Positions 1 through 8,681 of a stretch of 51,251 nt of DNA are shown piece by piece. The DNA comes from an uncultured Candidatus Saccharibacteria bacterium (GTDB taxonomy: Bacteria > Patescibacteriota > Minisyncoccia > Phycocordibacterales > JACOZG01), in assembly GCA_964546425.1 (NCBI GenBank), contig CAZJJW010000001.1, positions 1 through 51,251 of the forward strand. Reading direction: 5' to 3'. Each line of letters starts with the position of its first letter. Position 1 is the first letter of the stretch. The notes below the pieces were generated by a model. The model was not told where the DNA came from, searched no databases, and saw only the letters and a list, made by a program, of their open reading frames with translations. The position numbers and the translations under genes are program-made.

Positions 1-63
1 ATCCACAGTTTTGACCATTTATTTGACGGGTCTTTTCTGTCTCTTTGAAGTGCTCACAAGCTG

Positions 64-134
64 TGCGGGTAGGGAGAATCGAACTCCCGCCTTAACATTG
101 GCAATGTTATGTCCTACCACTAAACGATACCCGC
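64..134 (-). tRNA. tRNA-Gly (anticodon GCC)
   Basis: Minus-strand cloverleaf read by eye: acceptor GCGGGTA/TACCCGC, D-arm GTTT-AGTGGTA-GGAC, anticodon arm TAACA-TTGCCAA-TGTTA, T-arm GGGAG-TTCGATT-CTCCC, discriminator A. 3' CCA is not encoded. Confidence 0.85.
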
Positions 135-806
135 ATTATGATACTTTTCTCTCGCCAAATCATTGGCTAACATCTTTATCCAAATCAATATTTTGCGCTT
201 CAAGTATGCACTGGAAACGACAACATTGCAAACACCGAATGGCAACCTCTTATTTGCACTTTTGCCGGTAATGACCATAGTCTTATTGAAATCCCCATCA
301 TTTAATCCGATCTCTTTAGCCCAATATTCTAGGCACGCTTTGGGGTCCAGGTCTGGATAAATCAGTAGCCAAGCTTTAATTCTGGGCCGGTCAAAGTTAC
401 AGATATTGCGTAGGAATTGTAAAAATATCTTGATCATCAGTGGGTCGGTATTGGCGATACCGCAATGGTATTTAGAGGTTTTATTGCCCTCTCCCCAATA
501 AATCATAAGGCCGGCGATAAAAAGCGGGTGGTACTTCAGAAGGGCAAATTCCTCAACCGCTTCGTCTTCCGCTTCCTCGTAGGCACGGCGTAGATGCTCT
601 CCGCGAATTCGATTGAGCTCTCTCAACCTTATCTTATTTTGGCTTTCCAGTTTCTTGGCTAAATCGATGGCAATTTTGTTAGACCAACCTTCGTTTTGAA
701 ACCAAGCGGAAAGGGTGCTTTTGGGGACCCGGAGTTCCGCTCTTATTTCATTGTAGCTCTTCCCCAGTTTCCTTAATTTTATGGCTCCATTTTTATCCTT
801 TCGCAT
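120..806 (-). CDS. HTH-domain protein with LAGLIDADG-like homing-endonuclease core (hypothetical)
   Basis: ORF 120..869 trimmed to the ATG at 806 (MRKDKNG...). N-terminal HTH-like KLGKSYNEIRAELRVPKSTLSAWF. FIAGLMIYWGEGNK plus the following ...GIANTDPLMIKIFLQFLRNI resembles a LAGLIDADG block. Visibly AT-rich. The last 5 codons lie inside tRNA-Gly. Confidence 0.45.
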   Translation of the reverse strand: MRKDKNGAIKLRKLGKSYNEIRAELRVPKSTLSAWFQNEGWSNKIAIDLAKKLESQNKIRLRELNRIRGEHLRRAYEEAEDEAVEEFALLKYHPLFIAGLMIYWGEGNKTSKYHCGIANTDPLMIKIFLQFLRNICNFDRPRIKAWLLIYPDLDPKACLEYWAKEIGLNDGDFNKTMVITGKSANKRLPFGVCNVVVSSAYLKRKILIWIKMLANDLAREKYHNAGIV

Positions 807-886
807 ACTGTATAAATATACTACAATGATACAGAAATAAGAAGGGGGTATAAAACAAAAAGAAATCATGATATTGTAAAGTCATA

Positions 887-958
887 GCTCCTGTGGTGAA
901 ATGGATATCACAACAGTCTTCGGAACTGTCGTTGGGGGTTCGAATCCCTCCGGGAGCA
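887..958 (+). tRNA. tRNA-Arg (anticodon TCG)
   Basis: Cloverleaf read by eye: acceptor GCTCCTG/CGGGAGC (one G-U), D-arm GTGA-AATGGATA-TCAC, anticodon arm ACAGT-CTTCGGA-ACTGT, T-arm GGGGG-TTCGAAT-CCCTC, discriminator A. No encoded CCA. Confidence 0.85.
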
Positions 959-968
959 CACACTAGAT

Positions 969-2435
969 ATGAAGCGACAAATCCCCATCGAAGTTTCACA
1001 AGTAACCGAAATCTTGCAAAAAGCTGGTTTTTCGGCCTATTTGGTCGGCGGCTGTGTTCGTAACTTGTTACTCGATGCTAAACCACGAGACTGGGACATC
1101 ACGACTAACGCCAAACCGGAGCAAATTACCTCCCTCTTCGCCAAAACTTTTTATGAAAATGAGTTTGGCACCGTGACCATTGTTAGTGAAGAAACAACCG
1201 ATGAGACTCTTAGAAATGTCGAGGTCACTCCTTTTCGAACCGAGACGACCTATTCTGACAAAAGACACCCGGACCAAGTAAAGTTCGGCGACAAGCTTGA
1301 AGATGATCTTAAGCGGCGCGACTTCACGATTAACGCTTTGGCCTATAACCCGGCTCAAGGACAACTCGTTGATCTTTTTGGTGGTGAAAAAGATTTAAAG
1401 GACAAATTAATTAAGGCGGTAGGCAATCCGGATGAGAGGTTTAGCGAGGATCCACTAAGAATGTTGCGGGCGATTAGATTAGCGGCCGAACTTGGTTTCA
1501 CGATTAACAGCGAGACAGCCCAAGCCATCCAAAATAAGGCCGACTTAATCAAAGTTGTTTCTAAGGAACGGATTAGAGATGAGTTCAGCAAAATAATTTT
1601 GTCGAAAAACCCAATGATTGGCTTGATTCTGGCTCATAAATTAAGTATTTTGGCTCATTTTCTTCCTGAATTAGAAGAGGGTGTGGGTATGAAACAAACC
1701 AAAGAACACAAGTATGCTGTCTTTGAGCACACTATACGGGTAGTTCAACATTCGGCAGACAGAGATTATAAGTTTCACGTGAGACTGGCGGCATTATTCC
1801 ATGATGTGGGCAAACCACGAACCCGAGCTTGGAGTCCGGAGAAGGGTGATTGGACTTTCTATGGTCACGATATCGTGGGCGCCCGAATGACCCAAGAGAT
1901 CCTAAATCGGCTGAAGTTCCCCAAAAAAACCATCGAAATAGTCGTGAAACTAGTGAGAAACCATATGTTTTTTACTGATATTGAGCGGATTACATTATCG
2001 GCCGTCCGGCGAATCATCAGAAACGTGGGACCGGAGCACATTTGGGAGCTAATGGAAGTTCGGCGCTGTGATCGAATCGGCATGGGCCGACCCAAAGAAA
2101 GTCCCTACCGACTCCGCAAGTACGAGTCAATGATTGAAGAAGCTCTACGGAGTCCAACCTCTGTTGGAATGCTAAAAATTACTGGTAATGATGTTATTCG
2201 TGAAACCAAGCTGAATCCGGGGCCCAAAATCGGCCATATTTTGCATGTTCTCCTAGAAGAAGTCTTAGAAAAACCAGAGCTGAACGAGGGGGCCTACCTA
2301 ATTAGCCAAGCTAAAGAGCTGGCTAAACTGGAAGAAGGTGAGTTGAAAACGTTGGGCGAGAAAGGCAAAGAAAAAAAAGAAGAAACCGAGCAAGCCGAGC
2401 TAGAAAAGATTCGGTCCAAGTTTCATGTGAAATAA
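969..2435 (+). CDS. cca: CCA-adding tRNA nucleotidyltransferase with HD domain
   Basis: N-terminal pol-beta NTase signature YLVGGCVRNLLL...DWDITT, RRDFTINA motif, HD-domain LFHDVGK. 488 aa. Starts 10 nt after tRNA-Arg. Confidence 0.85.
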   Translation: MKRQIPIEVSQVTEILQKAGFSAYLVGGCVRNLLLDAKPRDWDITTNAKPEQITSLFAKTFYENEFGTVTIVSEETTDETLRNVEVTPFRTETTYSDKRHPDQVKFGDKLEDDLKRRDFTINALAYNPAQGQLVDLFGGEKDLKDKLIKAVGNPDERFSEDPLRMLRAIRLAAELGFTINSETAQAIQNKADLIKVVSKERIRDEFSKIILSKNPMIGLILAHKLSILAHFLPELEEGVGMKQTKEHKYAVFEHTIRVVQHSADRDYKFHVRLAALFHDVGKPRTRAWSPEKGDWTFYGHDIVGARMTQEILNRLKFPKKTIEIVVKLVRNHMFFTDIERITLSAVRRIIRNVGPEHIWELMEVRRCDRIGMGRPKESPYRLRKYESMIEEALRSPTSVGMLKITGNDVIRETKLNPGPKIGHILHVLLEEVLEKPELNEGAYLISQAKELAKLEEGELKTLGEKGKEKKEETEQAELEKIRSKFHVK

Positions 2436-2555
2436 ATAACCACCCGTATGGGGTGGTGTGGACATCGTCAAAGGTGTATAGGACACCAGACTTAGTCAGG
2501 TGGATCTAATCATATCTGTCCTTTATTATATATGAGACAATCTAAAGGACAAATC

Positions 2556-3497
2556 TCAACTGTGGATAACTCGAGGACGGCGGTCGTGGAAATTTTTGTG
2601 GATATCTTTTAACTGGCGGTCGGTGATGTGGGTATAAACTTGGGTTGTAGAAATATTGGCATGACCCAACATCATCTGGACCGAACGGATATCGGCGCCG
2701 TTTTCTAGCAAATCAGTGGCAAAACTATGGCGCAAGGTGTGCGGCGTTACCTTCCTGGTGATTCCGGCTTTGATGGCCCAAAACTTAATGATTCGTTCAA
2801 TGCTCCGAGGTGAGAGGCGGGCCGGTTCGCCCCGAGAAACGTTGACAAATAGGGCTTCATGGACATCTTGACGTTTATCTAAGTAGGTTTTGAGGACTTT
2901 TTTCGCTGACGTTGATATGAAAACCAACCGGATTTTCTCGCCCTTACCCCGCACTGAAAATTCGTCTTTTTTAAGATCGACGGTGTCTCGATCAAGGGCG
3001 CAAAGCTCGGAGACGCGCAAGCCGGTCGAGAAGAGGAGTTCAAGAATCGCTTTGTCGCGAAGCGCCTTCTCTTCGGCGCCCGTTGGCGCCTCGAGCAAGC
3101 GGGTCAATTCATCTTGACTGATTAAATCAAGCTCGCGGCTGCCGGTTTTAGCCAATTCAATCCGATTGGCGGGCAAGGTTTCCACCCCGCGCTTCTCTAA
3201 ATATTTCAAAAAGGTGCGCAGGGCAATCAGGTGGTAATTCTGGGTATTTTTCTTCAGTTCTTTGCGATTAAGCCAAAGGCGATAACGTCGGACTGATTCG
3301 TCATCAATCTGACCGGGTTTCTTCATCTGGGCAAACCCAAAAAAGCGCCCCAAGTAATAGTCGTAATTGGCCACCGTTTTCAAACTTCGCCCCTTCTCAA
3401 TCTCCAGGTGTTCCAACCACTCCCGCCGCCATTGCTCCAATTCCATGCCTCCATTATACCCCATATTGTGCGACACGAAGGAGTTCTGGTTATCCAC
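2556..3497 (-). CDS. Tyrosine site-specific recombinase, XerC/XerD family
   Basis: C-terminal catalytic region ARLSPRS..., HTLRHSFATDLLENGADIRSVQMMLGHANISTTQVYTHI. Start uncertain: GTG at 3497, or ATG at 3464 or 3446 (MELEQWRREWLEHL...). Confidence 0.85.
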   Translation of the reverse strand: MDNQNSFVSHNMGYNGGMELEQWRREWLEHLEIEKGRSLKTVANYDYYLGRFFGFAQMKKPGQIDDESVRRYRLWLNRKELKKNTQNYHLIALRTFLKYLEKRGVETLPANRIELAKTGSRELDLISQDELTRLLEAPTGAEEKALRDKAILELLFSTGLRVSELCALDRDTVDLKKDEFSVRGKGEKIRLVFISTSAKKVLKTYLDKRQDVHEALFVNVSRGEPARLSPRSIERIIKFWAIKAGITRKVTPHTLRHSFATDLLENGADIRSVQMMLGHANISTTQVYTHITDRQLKDIHKNFHDRRPRVIHS

Positions 3498-3501
3498 TCT
3501 T

Positions 3502-3520
3502 GCGGAGGCTTCGCCTCCGC
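3502..3520. repeat. REP hairpin, family A (GCGGAGGC-TTC-GCCTCCGC)
   Basis: Perfect 8-bp stem with 3-nt loop, 22 nt upstream of the RAYT-like gene start. Confidence 0.8.
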
Positions 3521-3542
3521 CTAGTTGTGGTAAACTAAAAAT

Positions 3543-4247
3543 GTGTCACGGAAACTTAGTTTTGGGGTTGATGAGTTCTACCACCTTTATAATCGAGGTG
3601 GTGATAAGCGACAAATCTTCAATGATCATTCAGACTATGATCGCTTCTTGCGACTGCTCTATTTGTGCAATGATACCAAGCCGGTGGAGTTAAGGCGCTC
3701 GTGGCAAGACCGCGGAGGCGAAGCCTCCGCCGATCAAGAAAGGGAATTGATGGTGGATATCGGGACTTACTGCCTCATGCCCAACCACTTCCACCTCCTT
3801 GTTAAAGAACGAGTAGAGGGAGGCATCAGTATTTTCATGCACAAACTTTCGACCGGCTATTCGATGTATTTCAATCTGAAACACGAAAGAACCGGTTCAC
3901 TATTTGAGGGCGCATTCAAGGCCAAACACATTGATGGGGACGAGTATCTAAAATATAGCTTCGCTTACATCCACCTTAATCCGGTCAAACTAATTAAGCC
4001 AAACTGGCGCGAACAAGGCATCGGCGACACCAAGCAGGTCCACCGTTACTTAGAGAGCTATCCTTATTCGAGTTACAACCATTATGTTACGAACAACAAA
4101 AGTTCCGATCCCATTATTAATCAAGTCGCTTTCCCTGATTACTTTAACCAAAAGGGCGATTTTATCAACTATCTGAATGAGTGGCTAAAATACAACGAGG
4201 ACGAGCCGGCGGCGGAGGCGAAGCCTCCGCGGGCCTTGCTTTTTTAA
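3543..4247 (+). CDS. REP-associated tyrosine transposase-like protein (IS200/IS605-type Y1 transposase fold), copy 1
   Basis: GTG start. HUH motif NHFHLLV; Tyr motif region FAYIHLNPVK. Paralogous to ORF 13450..14109 (shared EFYHLYNRG, TGSLF(E/Q)G). Flanked by and containing family A REP hairpins. Confidence 0.75.
   Translation: MSRKLSFGVDEFYHLYNRGGDKRQIFNDHSDYDRFLRLLYLCNDTKPVELRRSWQDRGGEASADQERELMVDIGTYCLMPNHFHLLVKERVEGGISIFMHKLSTGYSMYFNLKHERTGSLFEGAFKAKHIDGDEYLKYSFAYIHLNPVKLIKPNWREQGIGDTKQVHRYLESYPYSSYNHYVTNNKSSDPIINQVAFPDYFNQKGDFINYLNEWLKYNEDEPAAEAKPPRALLF
3712..3730. repeat. REP hairpin, family A, inverted orientation (loop GAA), inside RAYT-1 ORF
   Basis: GCGGAGGC-GAA-GCCTCCGC, perfect. 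Translated in frame as ...GGEASA... Confidence 0.8.
4212..4230. repeat. REP hairpin, family A (loop GAA), in last codons of RAYT-1
   Basis: GCGGAGGC-GAA-GCCTCCGC, perfect. Encodes ...AEAKPP... near the C-terminus. Confidence 0.8.
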
Positions 4248-4271
4248 GCAAAATATGATACCCTTGACATT

Positions 4272-4496
4272 ATGTTGAAAACCAAGAAAAAGCAGGTGAT
4301 TATTAAGAAGGTCCAAATCCATGCCAAGGATACCGGATCGTCGGCGGTCCAGTTGGCGATTTTGAATGAACGAATCGTCGAGCTCACCAAGCATTTGAAG
4401 AAAAATAAAAAGGACGAGAGTTCGCGGCGCGGACTCTTGAAAATTGTGGCCGAGCGCCGGACGCATCAAAAGTATTTAGCCGCTAAAAAGAAGTAA
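4272..4496 (+). CDS. rpsO: 30S ribosomal protein S15 (short form, 74 aa)
   Basis: [44 protein letters not shown] matches the conserved S15 core. The C-terminus is shorter than classical S15. The stop overlaps the next start (TAATG). Confidence 0.8.
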   Translation: MLKTKKKQVIIKKVQIHAKDTGSSAVQLAILNERIVELTKHLKKNKKDESSRRGLLKIVAERRTHQKYLAAKKK

Positions 4497-5029
4497 TGGC
4501 AATCATCAAACACAAAGGCCAGCGGATTGCGGTCTTTATTGATACGCAAAATCTCTATCACTGCGCCAAAAATTTATATCAAGCCCGGGTCAACTTCGCC
4601 GCGATTCTTAAAGACGCGGTCGGGGATCGGACCTTAGTCCGAGCGATCGCTTATATGGTCACGACCGAATCCGGCGAGGAGAAAAACTTTGTCGAAGCGT
4701 TGAAAAAGATGGGGATTGAGGTCAAAACCAAAGACCTCCAGATCTTTTCCGGCGGCGCCAAGAAGGCGGATTGGGATGTCGGCCTGGCCGTTGACGCGAT
4801 TAAAGTCGCTTCCAAGGTAGACTCGGTAGTGCTAGTTTCCGGTGACGGCGATTTCGTGCCATTGGTAGAATATCTTAAAGTCAGCGCCGGCGACCAGGTG
4901 GAAGTTATCTCGTTCGGCAAAAGTACTTCCGCCAAACTTAAAGAAATCGCCGACGACTTCATTGATCTGGGAGAAAACCCGCGCAAATATCTGCTCGGCC
5001 GGCGAAGCGCCAAAGTGGTAAAGGGATAG
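4496..5029 (+). CDS. NYN-domain (LabA/DUF88-like) putative ribonuclease
   Basis: IAVFIDTQNLYH..., DWDVGLAVDAI..., VVLVSGDGDFVPLVEYL are typical NYN/LabA blocks. Confidence 0.7.
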   Translation: MAIIKHKGQRIAVFIDTQNLYHCAKNLYQARVNFAAILKDAVGDRTLVRAIAYMVTTESGEEKNFVEALKKMGIEVKTKDLQIFSGGAKKADWDVGLAVDAIKVASKVDSVVLVSGDGDFVPLVEYLKVSAGDQVEVISFGKSTSAKLKEIADDFIDLGENPRKYLLGRRSAKVVKG

Positions 5030-5061
5030 AACAATCTCGGTAACTCTATTATAATAGAGTC

Positions 5062-5574
5062 ATGCCTGATGACTTAAACGATAAACTTCAAGAGGCGAAA
5101 CTCGCGATGGAGGGACCCGAGTGGACCGCCAAGCGCGAGACCGAAACCAAAACCAAAACCCTCAAAGACGAACAAACCACGTTCGAAACTCGTCTGGCGG
5201 TGGTCAACAAACAAAAAGAGGAGCTGGAATTGGCCTGGGTTGATTTAGATAATAAACGCAAAGCGATTCGCGTGGTTTTAAATCCATTGCTTGACGCAGA
5301 AAAAAAGGTTGAGGCCGAAGAAAACACTTTAGAAACCGAGGAAGCGAAGATTGGTTTGGCGGCCGACAAACATCTGGTGGAAGAAAAACGTTGGGCCGCC
5401 CAAGCTAAACGTAAAGAGCTTGAGGGCCAGCGCTGGCAAGAAGAAGAAAAGTTGGCCAAATTAGAAAAGCTGATCGAAACTCACACTTTGAAATACCGCG
5501 CCTTGTTAGATGAAGAAGATAAAATTCGGGCCCGGCTCGACCAACTTAGGGTTGAGCTGGCGACCGCCCAGTAA
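5062..5574 (+). CDS. Hypothetical coiled-coil protein (Glu/Lys/Ala-rich)
   Basis: Long ORF with heptad-like charged composition. No recognisable catalytic motif. Confidence 0.5.
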   Translation: MPDDLNDKLQEAKLAMEGPEWTAKRETETKTKTLKDEQTTFETRLAVVNKQKEELELAWVDLDNKRKAIRVVLNPLLDAEKKVEAEENTLETEEAKIGLAADKHLVEEKRWAAQAKRKELEGQRWQEEEKLAKLEKLIETHTLKYRALLDEEDKIRARLDQLRVELATAQ

Positions 5575-5575
5575 T

Positions 5576-6781
5576 ATGGCCCTCCCGCCCGACGATTTAC
5601 AAGCGAAACGGGAAGCCGCCGCGCGCGCCATGGAAGGCGACGCGCGGCAAGCGAAACGAGCCGAAGAAAACGCAAAACTCGCCACGCGCCGGAGTGAAGC
5701 GGCGCGCGCGATGGAGAACGAAGAACAACGTCATCACCGCGAAAGCCGCGAGGAGCTGGCGCGCCGTCAGGCGGCCGCCGTCCAAGCCAAGCTTGACGCC
5801 GAAACCAAACAAGTCGAAGCCGAGCGCGCCGCCCAGAAAGCGACCCTCGAGGCGGCCGCCAGGCGCGAACAAGCCGCGTTTCAGGCCAAGCAAAAGAGAG
5901 TGGGAACGATTGAGCGGGCGGGCCGAATCATTGAGACTTTAAAAAGTGGGGATTTGAAATTAACCTCCCTGCGGACCTATAAAGGCGACATGGCTCGGGC
6001 CGTTCGGGAGGAGGGGATCTCGGTTTCCAAAATCGCGATGGCCGGCCAAGGCCGCCGCGGCGCCCGGGGCGAGGTCGCGCTTGCCCGCCGGTCAAACCTC
6101 GGTTGGTTGGTTTTCCTTTTACTGCTGGTCGGCGGCGGCGCGGCGGGTTATTACTATTATTATCTCTGGCCGAACCAAACCACTCCGAGGCCGGCGACGA
6201 TCGCCGCCCCCAGTCCAATCATTTTTTCTGAAGCTAGGGCGCCGCTTGATCTCACCAGCTTAAGCGGCACCGAGGCGATCCAGCAACAGATTAATACCGA
6301 GGCGACGCGCGCGGGTTTAAGCGGCGGCGCGATAAAAAACATTTATTTCACTCGCGGCGGCCAAATTTTACCCTTCAGCGCCTTCCGTCAGGCGGCCGGA
6401 CTCAATTTGCCAGCTGATTTATCGCGGACGGTGGAAGAAGAATTTATGTTTGGAATTTATAATAACAGTGTCGCCAACAACCGCTTTCTCATTATCGAAC
6501 CCAAACTGTCGGAACTGGCTTTTGGCGCCATGCTTGATTGGGAACCAAAATTGCTTGATGATATTTTTCCGCTCTTAAGCGGGGGCCCGCCCCAGAGCAA
6601 TGCCCGCGGCCAAATTTTCATTGATCGCCTGGTGCACAATAAGGACGCCCGATTGCTTAAAAATAAGGCGGGCGAAACAATTCTCTTCTATGCTTTCCTT
6701 GATCCCCACCACCTAATCATCAGCCGCAACGAAGAAACTTTCTTAGAAGTTCTAAAACGCTTCACGGCTGGAGAAAATTAA
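5576..6781 (+). CDS. Hypothetical membrane-anchored protein (charged coiled-coil N-region, one TM, C-terminal globular domain)
   Basis: ORF 5510..6781 trimmed to the ATG at 5576, directly after the previous stop. TM segment LGWLVFLLLLVGGGAAGYYYYYLW. Confidence 0.5.
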   Translation: MALPPDDLQAKREAAARAMEGDARQAKRAEENAKLATRRSEAARAMENEEQRHHRESREELARRQAAAVQAKLDAETKQVEAERAAQKATLEAAARREQAAFQAKQKRVGTIERAGRIIETLKSGDLKLTSLRTYKGDMARAVREEGISVSKIAMAGQGRRGARGEVALARRSNLGWLVFLLLLVGGGAAGYYYYYLWPNQTTPRPATIAAPSPIIFSEARAPLDLTSLSGTEAIQQQINTEATRAGLSGGAIKNIYFTRGGQILPFSAFRQAAGLNLPADLSRTVEEEFMFGIYNNSVANNRFLIIEPKLSELAFGAMLDWEPKLLDDIFPLLSGGPPQSNARGQIFIDRLVHNKDARLLKNKAGETILFYAFLDPHHLIISRNEETFLEVLKRFTAGEN

Positions 6782-6805
6782 TCAACAATATGTTAAAGTG
6801 AAACA

Positions 6806-7129
6806 ATGAATCTAGACACCAACCATTTTAAGAAAAAGCTGGAGCGCGAGAAAGCCGAGTTAGACCAAGACCTGGCGCAAATTGAATCGGTTAAAGAAGC
6901 GGAGACGGAATTTCGCGACGAGGTGGCTGATCAATTGGAAGATCTGGATGAACGTCAAGCGCTGCAAATGACGCTCACAGCTCGATTGAAAGAGGTGGAG
7001 CGCGCGCTCGAGAAAATCACCGCGGGCCAGTACGGTATTTGCGAAGTGGGCGGTGAACCGATCGAGCCAGAGCGGCTTGGGGCCGATCCGGCGGCTCGAA
7101 CCTGTAAACGCCATCTCAATGTGGGCTAA
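6806..7129 (+). CDS. DksA/TraR-family protein with degenerate zinc finger
   Basis: Coiled-coil N-region and C-terminal GQYGICEVGGEPIEPERLGADPAARTCKRH, which is the DksA/TraR layout with only 2 of the usual 4 Cys. Confidence 0.55.
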   Translation: MNLDTNHFKKKLEREKAELDQDLAQIESVKEAETEFRDEVADQLEDLDERQALQMTLTARLKEVERALEKITAGQYGICEVGGEPIEPERLGADPAARTCKRHLNVG

Positions 7130-8681
7130 AGTCCACTCCGCCCAAATTGTCGGCCTCAAGGCCGATCTGGTGGAGGTGGAAATTGATATTGGCAAAGGCC
7201 TTCATTCTTTTGGTGTCGTGGGACTACCAGATAAGGCGGTCGAGGAAGCCAAGGACCGGATCAGCGCCGCCATTAAAAATTCCGGCTTCAAATCCCCGCA
7301 AAAAAGCAACAAAAAGGTGATTGTCTCGCTGGCGCCGGCCGATTTGAAGAAAGAGGGGCCGGTGTTTGATTTGGCGATCGCGCTCGCTTATCTCTTGGCC
7401 AGTGGCGAGATCAAATTTAAACCGGCCGGAAAACTTTTTCTTGGCGAACTGGCGCTCGACGGCACGCTCCGGCCAATCAAGGGCGCCCTGATGATCGCCC
7501 GCAAAGCCAAAACCGCCGGTTTCCAAGAATTATATTTGCCCACGTTAAATGCCGAGGAAGCGGCGCTAATCCAAGGAGTGGCTGTCTATGGCTGTCGCTC
7601 GCTTAAAGAACTGACAAATCATCTTTCGCCGCCGGTGACGGAAGAAGGCCAGTTTCAGCCACTGATTATCCTCAAGCCGCAACCGGCCACCGAGATTGTG
7701 AGCGAGCGCGGCAACTTCGATATTGACTTGGCCGATGTCAAAGGCCAGCAAACCGCCAAACGCGGGCTTGAAATCGCGGCCGCCGGTGGTCACAATATCG
7801 CGATGTCCGGCCCGCCCGGCACCGGCAAAACAATGTTAGCCAAGGCCTTCGGCGGCATTCTGCCGCCGCTTGACTTCGAGGCCGTGCTCGAAGCGACCGG
7901 CATCCACTCCGCCGCCGGCTTGCTCGAGCACATCATTATCACCGCGCCGCCCTTCCGCGCGCCGCATCACACTTCATCTTATGTCTCGCTGGTCGGCGGC
8001 GGCAATTGGCCGAAGCCCGGCGAGATTACGTTGGCGCACCGGGGCGTACTTTTTCTCGACGAATTCCCGGAGTTCGACAAGCGGGTGATTGAGTCCTTGC
8101 GCCAGCCGCTTGAGGACCGGACCATCAACATCGCTCGAGCAAAAGGATCGATGACCTTCCCGGCCAATTTCATTTTAATCGCGGCGATGAATCCGTGCCC
8201 TTGCGGCAACAAAGGTCTGCGCAGTCGCGAGTGCATTTGCTCCCAAGTGGCCCTAATGCGTTATCAACGTAAATTATCCGGGCCGATTGTCGATCGGATT
8301 GATTTGTGGCTCGAAGTCGCCCAAGTGGATCATGAGAAATTGTCGGCCGCTTATGGCGGCGAAGAGAGCTCGGCCACGGTCAGAGAGCGCGTCCTGGCCG
8401 CCAGGGCCAAGCAACACGCGCGCTTCGCCGCTCGAACCGGTAAACATCAGATCACCACCAACAGCGAAATGGGCGCCAAGGACCTGCGCCGCTTCGCGCC
8501 GCTTAGTCCCAGCGCCACCAAACTTTTAAACGATTCGGCCAAACGGCTTGACTTATCCGCCCGGGCCTACCACCGCGTCATCAAACTTGCCCGCACCATC
8601 GCCGACCTCGCCCAGGCCGACAACATTGCCGAGGATCACCTCCTTGAAGCCCTCCAATACCGCCCCAAGGTCTCGTTTTAA
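7119..8681 (+). CDS. comM: YifB/ComM-family Mg-chelatase-like AAA+ ATPase
   Basis: ORF 7053..8681 trimmed to the ATG at 7119 (MWAKVHSAQIVG...). Walker A SGPPGTGKTM, Walker B VLFLDEFPEF, Cys cluster CPCGN...C.C. Confidence 0.8.
   Translation: MWAKVHSAQIVGLKADLVEVEIDIGKGLHSFGVVGLPDKAVEEAKDRISAAIKNSGFKSPQKSNKKVIVSLAPADLKKEGPVFDLAIALAYLLASGEIKFKPAGKLFLGELALDGTLRPIKGALMIARKAKTAGFQELYLPTLNAEEAALIQGVAVYGCRSLKELTNHLSPPVTEEGQFQPLIILKPQPATEIVSERGNFDIDLADVKGQQTAKRGLEIAAAGGHNIAMSGPPGTGKTMLAKAFGGILPPLDFEAVLEATGIHSAAGLLEHIIITAPPFRAPHHTSSYVSLVGGGNWPKPGEITLAHRGVLFLDEFPEFDKRVIESLRQPLEDRTINIARAKGSMTFPANFILIAAMNPCPCGNKGLRSRECICSQVALMRYQRKLSGPIVDRIDLWLEVAQVDHEKLSAAYGGEESSATVRERVLAARAKQHARFAARTGKHQITTNSEMGAKDLRRFAPLSPSATKLLNDSAKRLDLSARAYHRVIKLARTIADLAQADNIAEDHLLEALQYRPKVSF

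Noticed and set aside
2558-3498. The Xer recombinase ORF is bounded by inverted GTGGATAAC words (2561-2570 and the reverse complement of 3490-3498), considered as possible terminal inverted repeats of a mobile unit.
   Set aside because: Only 9 nt match, and both are DnaA-box-like words that recur elsewhere in the window. This is insufficient to call element ends.
5481-6342. Cluster of overlapping ORFs on both strands (5481..5675, 5597..5893, 5694..5942, 5928..6218, 6081..6263, 6160..6342).
   Set aside because: They lie in the GC-rich, Ala/Arg/Glu-rich low-complexity part of gene 5576..6781. Stop codons are rare in all frames there. None has a start context or a recognisable motif, so they are treated as frame shadows.
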